This document shows, piece by piece, positions 56,633-64,000 of a stretch of 64,000 nucleotides of DNA. Under the pieces are notes generated by a model, which saw only the letters and a program-made list of their open reading frames with translations, was not told where the DNA came from and ran no database searches. The position numbers and the translations under genes were made by a program. The DNA is from Verrucomicrobiota bacterium (GTDB lineage: Bacteria > Verrucomicrobiota > Verrucomicrobiia > Limisphaerales > JAIPKD01), in contig JAIPKD010000006.1 in the NCBI GenBank assembly GCA_021733835.1, positions 211-64,210 on the forward strand, in the 5' to 3' direction. The stretch's first letter is position 1; each line of letters starts with the position of its first letter.

Positions 56633-58525
56633 ATGCATCCGGAAAATGTAAAAGAGCTGGAGCTTATACTTAAGCAATTACAAGTCGGCGCAATGGGCCT
56701 GCAAGGGCCGCGCGCCAGAAAAGTGCGACAGCAATCAGGTGATGTGATGACAATCAGCATCCCTACGCACGTGAGGGACTGGCCGTTGGACCAGATGCCC
56801 TTGTCGGTAAGGTTGAGCGGCGTGCTTCAGAAAATGGGGTTCAAGAAGCTGGGCGACCTGCATGGATTGTCGTATATCCAGGTTCTGAGCATGCGCAACT
56901 GCGGACGCCGTTCGATTTTCGAGTTGGTCGAGCTTGTACGCCGTCTTCAAGCCGGAGAATTTGATCCTGTTAAGGTAAAGGGTTCGGGCATCGATTATCT
57001 CACTGAATTTTTGGATGATATAATCGATGAGCTCGGCGAGAGGGAGCGCCAGATGCTCATGTTGAGAATGGGCGCTGACGGCGGTCCGCCGATGACGCTT
57101 GAAGAAGTGGGTTCGAAGTATGGATTGACACGCGAGCGGGTGAGACAGGTTGTCGACCTCCTTGTATTGAAGATATTGCGAAGCGGCGGGCCTCCGATTC
57201 AGGACTTATTGGAAGACCTGGCCGAGCAATGTCTATCGGCGATTTGCCCATTGACGCCTGAATTATTCGTTAAATGGCTGGGCATAACGCCTGCCAAGCA
57301 TTGCAGGTATGCGGTGCCGTTTTATATTCGTCTCTTTAGCGCCCTTGAGCCCAGCCTGCCCGGGTGGTCGGAAGGGCAAAAGCCCAGTCCGAATCCGGAA
57401 ATGTGGATCAAGGAAATCTCGCGGCCGTTGACCGAGATTCTCAAGGGCAGTGTTTCGCCGCTCTCTTTCGAGAACGCATACAAGAAATTGAAGTCCAACG
57501 CGAATTTATCGAAATTGACGCCGGGCGAATTTCTTGCGGCGCTGAAGCAGAGCAGAACATTGGCCGTCGAGTTTCCGGAACCCGAAAAACCGGTGATTCG
57601 GCTTTCGAGTTTACGGATACACGACTGGGTTCAGCGCGTATTGTTGAACTCCGAAGACCCGATGACGCCTCAAGAGATAATCAAGAGCGCGAAAGAATTG
57701 TTCTCCGAGAACTTCCCGGATATATCGATCGGTGGCCTCAGGAATTCGCTGAAGCCCGAACACGGGATATTCCTGCTTGACCGTCGTGCATTCGGAACGC
57801 GGAAGCATATCAAATTGCCTGAGCGCCTTTGGAGGAGGGCGAGAAACGACGTGGCTAAACTGCTTCAGAAGGAGGAACGTCCTGTTTCCACACGGGAAAT
57901 CATCAGGGACAACACGTTCGGTTGGGCATGTTTGACGAATGTTTATGAATTGGCCCAAGTATTAAGGGATGATACAAGATTTACGGACTTGGGGCGCTTT
58001 CTGTTTGCCCTTGAGTCTTGGGGTATGGGTGAACGCGAGCATATTAAAGACCTTATTCCCAAGATTCTCAAGGAAAAGGGTCAGCCCATGACCGCCAATC
58101 AGATTCTGGATGAATTAAAAGCGCGACGATCAGTCGGACGCGCCACGATTTCGGCCGTCATACGCAATCATCCGGACATAAAACGTTTGGGTTACGGCTA
58201 CTATGGGTTGAAGGAGTGGAAGGAGATGCCCAAAGAATTCATCGTTAATCAACCTTCGCTGATCAGCAAGAAGGTGATTTCACTTAAACCGCCGGTGTCC
58301 TTCGCCGAGGTTTGCAAGGAACTTGATATACCGGTCAAAGGCAAGTTGGCGGATGATCTTTGGAACACCCTCCAGGTGTCAAGCCGAATAAAAACCAAGG
58401 ATGAAGAGAAATCGGCGTCTGCGTTGATAGTCCAACGTAATGCTCGCGTAGCCGAAAAAAAGAAAAGCGCCGGCGCAAAGGCAAAGAAGAAGAAAAAGAA
58501 GGTAAGAAAGAAAAAGACCGCTTAG
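56633..58525 (+). CDS. Multi-HTH DNA-binding protein: RpoA alpha-CTD-like HhH + sigma-70 region 4 + three HARE-HTH-like modules + Lys-rich tail
   Basis: LSVRLSGVLQKMGFKKLGDL..MRNCGRRSIFELVELV is alpha-CTD-like. ERERQMLMLRMG..MTLEEVGSKYGLTRERVRQVVDLLVLKIL is region 4. Three repeats carry an xPMTxxEII.. opening; the second and third end in a G..L.EW/SW-type motif (e.g. GQPMTANQILDELK..LGYGYYGLKEW). The C-terminus is KKKSAGAKAKKKKKKVRKKK. Confidence 0.65.
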   Translation: MHPENVKELELILKQLQVGAMGLQGPRARKVRQQSGDVMTISIPTHVRDWPLDQMPLSVRLSGVLQKMGFKKLGDLHGLSYIQVLSMRNCGRRSIFELVELVRRLQAGEFDPVKVKGSGIDYLTEFLDDIIDELGERERQMLMLRMGADGGPPMTLEEVGSKYGLTRERVRQVVDLLVLKILRSGGPPIQDLLEDLAEQCLSAICPLTPELFVKWLGITPAKHCRYAVPFYIRLFSALEPSLPGWSEGQKPSPNPEMWIKEISRPLTEILKGSVSPLSFENAYKKLKSNANLSKLTPGEFLAALKQSRTLAVEFPEPEKPVIRLSSLRIHDWVQRVLLNSEDPMTPQEIIKSAKELFSENFPDISIGGLRNSLKPEHGIFLLDRRAFGTRKHIKLPERLWRRARNDVAKLLQKEERPVSTREIIRDNTFGWACLTNVYELAQVLRDDTRFTDLGRFLFALESWGMGEREHIKDLIPKILKEKGQPMTANQILDELKARRSVGRATISAVIRNHPDIKRLGYGYYGLKEWKEMPKEFIVNQPSLISKKVISLKPPVSFAEVCKELDIPVKGKLADDLWNTLQVSSRIKTKDEEKSASALIVQRNARVAEKKKSAGAKAKKKKKKVRKKKTA

Positions 58526-58552
58526 TGTCTGAATAAGCGTTACGGATCGTGC

Positions 58553-58589
58553 GCGGTACCGGTTTTGAATCGCCGGTACCGCTTTTTTT
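58553..58589 (+). terminator. Rho-independent terminator
   Basis: gcggtaccgg-ttttgaatcg-ccggtaccgc is a perfect 10-bp stem followed by TTTTTTT, located 28 nt after the stop at 58525. Confidence 0.85.
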
Positions 58590-58754
58590 GGGTGATGTAT
58601 CCGGAATCCTCAAAAGGTAATGCGGCAAATCAATACTTACGATTCAATAAAGACACCGGCCTTCACAGGCGCTGATCCACCGGTTCCGTGAATGCTAAGT
58701 TGCACTATATGGGGTTATCATGTAATTTTGCTATCGATTTAAAGGGAAATCGTT

Positions 58755-59804
58755 ATGAAAAAATCGCGTAGAGATGAAAACAAGCAGTCGCGTAGGGATT
58801 TCTTGCGAAAAGGCATGGAAGGAATGCTTGCATTCGGCGCCGGCGGCGCAGCCGGAGTATTTGCCGATGACACGATACGCCCGAAACCCGGAAACCATAG
58901 CGCGATTCCAAACGCCTCTCCGACAAGTGGCTATGACATGTCGAAGTTGGCGGAGGTCGATCCGGCGCTTATTCGATATCGCGAGAAGGGGAGATTCGGC
59001 TGCGATATGGAGGAATCGGTTGCGTTATGGATTGATAACGGCGACCTCGTGTATGTATGCGGCGATGAATGCGTAAATGTTTTTGACCGTGTCGGTAGAA
59101 AGAGAACAACGTTGAAGGTCGGCGGCAGACCGCGGGCGGTGTGTTCCGTCGACGGTGATAGGATATTGGTGGCGGTCGGAGACAGGATTGTGATCCTCGA
59201 TTCGGAAGGAGGAGTCTTAAGCGATACAGGATCGCTGGGTGAGCGTTCCGTTGTGACGTCAATTGCGGTTGGCGGGGAAGGAACGATTTTCGCAGCCGAT
59301 GCCGGAGAAAAGTGTATTTGGAAGATAAGCGCCGATGGGAAGGTGCTTTCGAAAAACAGAGGAGACACCGAGGGCGGTGGTGTCGGGTTTGTGATACCGA
59401 GTCCCTTTTTCGATATTGCATTTGACGCCGACGGCCTGTTATGGGCGACGAATACCGGTGAACACCGCATCGAGGCATATAACGAAGAAGGCGAGATTTC
59501 GCGATCCTGGGGGAAGCCGACGATGGCGATCGAGGGCTTTTGCGGCTGTTGTAATCCGGTTAACATATCGATTTTGAATGATGGTCGGTTTGTGACCGCG
59601 GAGAAGGGACTGCCGAGGGTGAAGGTTTATTCGGCGGATGGTGAATTCGAATGTGTAGTGGCGCCGCCGAACTCGTTCCCGGGATTAATGAGGAAAAGAC
59701 CTGCCGGGCGGATGCGTGCGCTGGACGTCGCTGTAAATTCCGATGGCGAGGTTTATGTATTGGATACCGGTTCGAGTCAGGTTAGAATCTTTGTTACAGA
59801 TTAA
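58755..59804 (+). CDS. Tat-signal NHL-repeat-like beta-propeller protein
   Basis: Twin-arginine motif SRRDFLRKG plus a hydrophobic region. Repeated blade motifs (ILVAVGDRIVILD, IFAADAGEKCIWKI, LLWATNTGEHRIEAY, RFVTAEKGLPRVKVY, VYVLDTGSSQVRIF). Unusual GFCGCCNP motif. Confidence 0.7.
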   Translation: MKKSRRDENKQSRRDFLRKGMEGMLAFGAGGAAGVFADDTIRPKPGNHSAIPNASPTSGYDMSKLAEVDPALIRYREKGRFGCDMEESVALWIDNGDLVYVCGDECVNVFDRVGRKRTTLKVGGRPRAVCSVDGDRILVAVGDRIVILDSEGGVLSDTGSLGERSVVTSIAVGGEGTIFAADAGEKCIWKISADGKVLSKNRGDTEGGGVGFVIPSPFFDIAFDADGLLWATNTGEHRIEAYNEEGEISRSWGKPTMAIEGFCGCCNPVNISILNDGRFVTAEKGLPRVKVYSADGEFECVVAPPNSFPGLMRKRPAGRMRALDVAVNSDGEVYVLDTGSSQVRIFVTD

Positions 59805-59858
59805 GCCGTGCCGCCGGATGTGTGCGGCACGGGTTTGAAAAAAGTAAAATCCCTAAGA

Positions 59859-60110
59859 ATGAAAGAGCGTAATAACGATATACATGGTTCGGCCGAAAAG
59901 GCGCAAAGCCGCAGAGAATTTGTAAAGGTCGGTATGAGATGGGGGTTCCTTGGGGTGCTGGGTGTCTTGGGCGCCGTCCTCGGCGCCAGGAGCGTGAACG
60001 GCGAGGATTGTTATTACACGATTCCATGTAACGGCTGCCGTGCGTTCGAGTTTTGCCGGCTGCCGAAGGCGTCGAATTTTAAAAGTGGTAATCCTTTGAC
60101 GAACCGATGA
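59859..60110 (+). CDS. Small (83 aa) Tat-signal Cys-motif protein
   Basis: SRREFVKVG twin-arginine motif plus a hydrophobic stretch, then CYYTIPCNGCRAFEFC (CX5CX2CX5C). The stop overlaps the next start (ATGA). An alternative GTG start exists at 59808. Confidence 0.55.
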   Translation: MKERNNDIHGSAEKAQSRREFVKVGMRWGFLGVLGVLGAVLGARSVNGEDCYYTIPCNGCRAFEFCRLPKASNFKSGNPLTNR

Positions 60111-60694
60111 GCAAGGCGGAGAAAGAGAAAGGCATCGAGCGCGGACACTCAAGGCGCGGATTCCTGAGCGGCGGTTTTCGAGGGGCGATGTTGTTCTTTT
60201 TTGGGATGGTAACCGGATTCTTTACCGGGAAGGTGCGCGCTGAACGTACGGTTTGGCAGATTGACCCATTTAAATGCGTGTTTTGCACAAACTGCGCGAC
60301 GGAATGTGTGTTGGAACCATCCGCTGTGAGGTGCGTACAGTATTACCCGATCTGCGGCTACTGCAAGCTGTGTACCGGATATTTCGATCCGCAACCGATA
60401 AATCTGGACACAGGCGCCGAGAACCAGATTTGTCCGACCGGCGCGATAATCAGGACAAAGCTCGAGGACCCGTATTACGAGTACACGATCGATGAGGAGC
60501 TGTGCATCGGTTGCGCCAAGTGCGTCGAGGGTTGTGAGTTGTTTGGTAACGGCTCGTTTTTCTTACAGGTCAGGCATGATAAGTGCGTAAATTGCAATGA
60601 ATGCGCGATAGCGGTTTCGTGCCCCGGTCAGGCTTTCGTGCGTGTTCCGGCCGGTGATCCTTATCTTTTGAAAACAAGGGAGACTGCGGGATGA
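60107..60694 (+). CDS. Tat-signal poly-[4Fe-4S] ferredoxin (NapG/MauM-like)
   Basis: SRRGFLSGG twin-arginine motif. Cluster motifs CVFCTNCATEC, CGYCKLC..CP, CIGCAKCVEGC and CVNCNECAIAVSCP. Confidence 0.8.
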   Translation: MSKAEKEKGIERGHSRRGFLSGGFRGAMLFFFGMVTGFFTGKVRAERTVWQIDPFKCVFCTNCATECVLEPSAVRCVQYYPICGYCKLCTGYFDPQPINLDTGAENQICPTGAIIRTKLEDPYYEYTIDEELCIGCAKCVEGCELFGNGSFFLQVRHDKCVNCNECAIAVSCPGQAFVRVPAGDPYLLKTRETAG

Positions 60695-62100
60695 GGGAAT
60701 CGACCGGTTCAAATCTCATCGGTGACTCTGGCGGGTGCGGGTGTTCCAGTGTCAAACGCCGGGGCATGCGTCCGATGCTATGGTTGCTCCTGTTATTGAT
60801 TAACATAGCGCCGTTGCAGAATGCCTATGGTGTGATGCGTTTTCCGCCGCCGGAGTTCGAGTCCGGCTATCAGATGCCGACGACCACGACACCCGAGGCG
60901 CGGTCGGACTTCCTGGATTACCTGGATATAGCGGTATTGGCGGCGGCGTTGAGTATGGCGGCGCACCTGGTCTTGTGGCGGCGTTCGCGGAAGTGGGTAT
61001 TTGTGCTCATGCTGTTTTCGCTGGCGTATTTCGGATTTTACCGCAAGGGCTGTATTTGTTCAATTGGTTCGATTCAAAATGTGGCATTGGCTGTTTTTGA
61101 CGGCGGATATGCGCTGCCGTTGAGTGCGCTGATGTTTTTCCTTTTGCCGCTTGTTTTCGCGTTATTTTTCGGACGCGTCTTTTGCGGGGCGGTATGCCCT
61201 TTGGGCGCGATTCAGGACGCGGTGTTATTCAGGCCGGTAAAGGTCAAGCCGTGGTTGGAGCATGTGCTGGCTACGGTTCCGTTTTTGTATCTCGGCGCCG
61301 CCGTGCTTTTTGCGGCCACGGGCAGTGCCTTCATTATTTGCGAGTACGATCCTTTTGTCGCTTTCTTCAGGCGGAGCGGGTCTTTTGGTATGTTGACGCT
61401 CGGAGTTGGATTCCTGGTTCTCGGCGTATTCGTGGGGCGTCCGTATTGCCGGTTCTTATGCCCGTACGGCGCGGTTCTACGGGTGCTTTCGTATTTCTCG
61501 AGATGGAAGGTCGAGCTCTCACCCAACGAATGCCTGCAATGTCAAATTTGCGAGGAGGCATGTCCGTACGGCGCGATATCGGAACCTATCGTTTTTGAAG
61601 AGCCGGAGACGCCATTGCAGCGCAGGCGCTCGGTTATACAACATGTAATAGTGACGCTGGTTATCGGCGCTTCGCTTGCGGTCATCGGCGGCGGCTTGGC
61701 TACTGAATTCTCAAAAGTGCATCCTACGGTGAGCCTGGCCGAGCGTGTGGCCGGCGAGGAGCAGGGGAGGTTTGAAGACACGACTGATGCGAGCGCGGCG
61801 TTTAGGGATACCGGTCGGACGACCGATGAGTTGTATGCGGAGGCCATGACAATACGCTCTGAATTCGTCACGGGCGGCCGGTGGCTCGGCGCATTTTTCG
61901 GGATTGTGATCGGGTTGCGAATGATGATCCCGGCATTCCGGCAGCGGCGATCCGTGTATGATCCTTCGCCGTCGGCGTGCCTTTCGTGCGGCCGATGTTA
62001 CAATTATTGTCCCAAAGAACTTTTGCGGGTAAAACGCAACCGCAGTCTTTGTCCTAAAGTAGATTCCACGAGTCCCAAAAACTCGGCAACCGTAAAATAG
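60691..62100 (+). CDS. Integral-membrane polyferredoxin (NapH/MauN/YccM-like 4Fe-4S binding protein)
   Basis: Multiple TM helices. Paired CX3CP motifs (FCGAVCPLGAIQD, CRFLCPYGAVL). Ferredoxin motif CLQCQICEEACPYGAI. Late CLSCGRCYNYCP. ATGA overlap with the upstream gene. Confidence 0.8.
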   Translation: MRESTGSNLIGDSGGCGCSSVKRRGMRPMLWLLLLLINIAPLQNAYGVMRFPPPEFESGYQMPTTTTPEARSDFLDYLDIAVLAAALSMAAHLVLWRRSRKWVFVLMLFSLAYFGFYRKGCICSIGSIQNVALAVFDGGYALPLSALMFFLLPLVFALFFGRVFCGAVCPLGAIQDAVLFRPVKVKPWLEHVLATVPFLYLGAAVLFAATGSAFIICEYDPFVAFFRRSGSFGMLTLGVGFLVLGVFVGRPYCRFLCPYGAVLRVLSYFSRWKVELSPNECLQCQICEEACPYGAISEPIVFEEPETPLQRRRSVIQHVIVTLVIGASLAVIGGGLATEFSKVHPTVSLAERVAGEEQGRFEDTTDASAAFRDTGRTTDELYAEAMTIRSEFVTGGRWLGAFFGIVIGLRMMIPAFRQRRSVYDPSPSACLSCGRCYNYCPKELLRVKRNRSLCPKVDSTSPKNSATVK

Positions 62101-62111
62101 AAAGTTATCAT

Positions 62112-63926
62112 ATGGCCCGATTCCCAAGAATAGAATCGTTTTTCGGATCAAGGTTGGCCCGGAACATTGCTTTTGTAGCGGGCGCGTTTTGTTGTGCGCT
62201 TGCGCTTGTGATGCTTTACGAAGTATTCAGCGCCGGGACCAAGGAATTCGTTGATGCAAAAAAGATAACGGCGCTCAAGCAGAAGTTGAACGAAAACCCG
62301 TTGGACGAAGAACTGAAGGCGGAGATACGTGTCGTTGACCTTGAACGGCGTCGGGTCTTTCTCAGGCGGAATGAGTTGCTGAATTCAGGCGCCTGGCTGC
62401 TTCTTCTCGGCGCCGCGCTTTTTTATACGGGTGCGAAGTTATACAATTATAAGACGAAGATTCGGCCGCCGCGTGGACGCGGTTTGAAGGCCGAAGCCCA
62501 GCTGATGGCGGCTGTTACTGATCAACGCGCATTGGCCGTGCTCGGCGCTGTTGCAGTGGCCGGCGGAGTGATTGCGCTCCTGATTTCAGATACCAATATC
62601 GAACAGCGCACAATAGCCAAGGCCGGCGGTGCCGTTGACGAAGGCGCCGGAACCAGCGCGTCTGATACAAACGGGGTACAAGACGTTGCCGATATGGCGC
62701 CTTATCCGTCACATGACGAGATGATGCAGAATTGGCCGAGATTCCGCGGCCCGGGCGGGAACGGCGTTTCGCAGTACCTCAACGTACCGACCAACTGGAA
62801 TGCCGCTACCGGCGAGGGTATAGTTTGGAAAACGGAAGTACCGATCACCGGACCGAGTTCACCTATCGTCTGGGGCGACAGCATTTTCTTGGCGTCCGCG
62901 ACTGAGACGGTCGAGGAGATTTATTGTTTCGATGCTTCGGACGGCGGACTCGTCTGGAGGAGGCAGCTCAAGAATGTGCCGAATGAACCCGAGGAGCCGC
63001 CGCAGGTTATGGAAGACTCCGGCGGATACGCGCCGTCTACGCCCGCAACGGATGGACGCCGCGTTTACGCCATATTCGCCAATGGGAATCTCGGCGCATT
63101 CGACTACGAAGGTAAACAGGTCTGGGTCAAAAATCTCGGCCTCCCGGATAACGGATATGGACATGCATCCTCTTTGCTCACATACAAGGACAAGCTGATC
63201 GTGCAATACGATCAGGGAACGCCTGATGATGAGAAATCCAGGATATACGCCTTTGATACGGCAACCGGTGAAATGGTGTGGCAGACCGATCCGCGGCCCG
63301 TGCCGGCGTCCTGGGCGACGCCTATCGTAATACGTCCGGAGACCGCGCCTGAGCAGATAATTACTTGCGCTGATCCGTGGGTTATTTCCTATGCACCCGA
63401 TGATGGTGAGGAGATTTGGCGTGCAAGGGCATTGTACGGCGAGGTCACGCCCTCGCCTATCTTTGCATCCGGCCTGGTATTCACCGCTATGGAAGGCGAA
63501 TTCCTCTCGGCAATCGAACCAGACGGAACGAATGATGTGACGGACACCAAGATTGTATGGGAGGGCGAGGATGGATTGCCGAACATAGCCAGTCCTGTTT
63601 CCGATGGAAAACGCGTGTACCTTATAAACACTTATGGGCCGATGACGTGTTACGATATCGACGATGGTGAGCTGTTGTGGGAGAAGTACATCGAGTTCGG
63701 CCCGGATGAAATTGCTGAATTTAACTCATCCCCGACCGTCGCGGGTGAAATGGTGTACGTGACCTCCACCGGCGGCACCACGATCATAGTCCCGGGCGGC
63801 GACGAGTATAAAGAGGTGAATCGTTGCAGCCTGGGCGAACGCGTGCTTTCGTCGCCGGCGTTCATGGACGGGCGCATTTATATCCGCGGCGAAACGAACC
63901 TGTTCTGTCTTGGATCAGGGGAGTAA
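62112..63926 (+). CDS. Membrane-anchored PQQ-like (BamB-type) beta-propeller protein
   Basis: Three N-terminal hydrophobic helices, then WPRFRGPGGNGVS and repeated propeller blades (IVWGDSIFLAS, RVYAIFANGNLGAFD, LIVQYDQG, RIYAFDTATGEMVW, MVYVTSTGG, RIYIRGETNLFCL). Confidence 0.75.
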   Translation: MARFPRIESFFGSRLARNIAFVAGAFCCALALVMLYEVFSAGTKEFVDAKKITALKQKLNENPLDEELKAEIRVVDLERRRVFLRRNELLNSGAWLLLLGAALFYTGAKLYNYKTKIRPPRGRGLKAEAQLMAAVTDQRALAVLGAVAVAGGVIALLISDTNIEQRTIAKAGGAVDEGAGTSASDTNGVQDVADMAPYPSHDEMMQNWPRFRGPGGNGVSQYLNVPTNWNAATGEGIVWKTEVPITGPSSPIVWGDSIFLASATETVEEIYCFDASDGGLVWRRQLKNVPNEPEEPPQVMEDSGGYAPSTPATDGRRVYAIFANGNLGAFDYEGKQVWVKNLGLPDNGYGHASSLLTYKDKLIVQYDQGTPDDEKSRIYAFDTATGEMVWQTDPRPVPASWATPIVIRPETAPEQIITCADPWVISYAPDDGEEIWRARALYGEVTPSPIFASGLVFTAMEGEFLSAIEPDGTNDVTDTKIVWEGEDGLPNIASPVSDGKRVYLINTYGPMTCYDIDDGELLWEKYIEFGPDEIAEFNSSPTVAGEMVYVTSTGGTTIIVPGGDEYKEVNRCSLGERVLSSPAFMDGRIYIRGETNLFCLGSGE

Positions 63927-64000
63927 TCGTATATTTTGGATAATGTAGCGGCGAATTCGATGTATCCGAAGACAGACACACGAAAGTCTTGGTATGGAAT

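Overview
64-kb bacterial chromosomal window mixing housekeeping genes with accessory content. All calls come from reading the translated ORFs and the raw sequence by eye; no homology search was run. By inference only, the gene content fits a polysaccharide-degrading PVC-superphylum-type organism (Kiritimatiellota/Verrucomicrobiota/Lentisphaerota-like): many secreted CAZymes, LTD-CotH giants and PQQ-like propellers with a WPxxRGP motif. Housekeeping genes: tRNA-Gln(UUG), rho, purB, ruvC-ruvA, gatB, mpl, an M24 aminopeptidase, and an LMW-PTP/RpiB/SHMT triple fusion. Accessory genes: the 3' end of an RHS protein, two LTD-CotH giants, a beta-helix protein, GH62, GH78, GH27+NPCBM, and an IPT/TIG surface protein. 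Most notable: (1) a tightly coupled five-gene operon (58755-63926) pairing a NapG/NapH-like Tat-ferredoxin and membrane polyferredoxin with two beta-propellers and an 83-aa Tat-signal Cys peptide, with no recognisable terminal enzyme. (2) A nucleotide-sugar tailoring cluster (32857-38660) followed by a 1848-aa triple-glycosyltransferase/TPR protein whose base composition changes sharply within the ORF. (3) An unclassified structured intergenic repeat family with at least five full or partial copies. (4) A scar region holding an IS91-type transposase fragment next to a duplicated NPCBM fragment. (5) A DNA-binding protein combining alpha-CTD-like, sigma region 4 and three HARE-HTH-like modules. 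No CRISPR array, rRNA or intact mobile element was seen.
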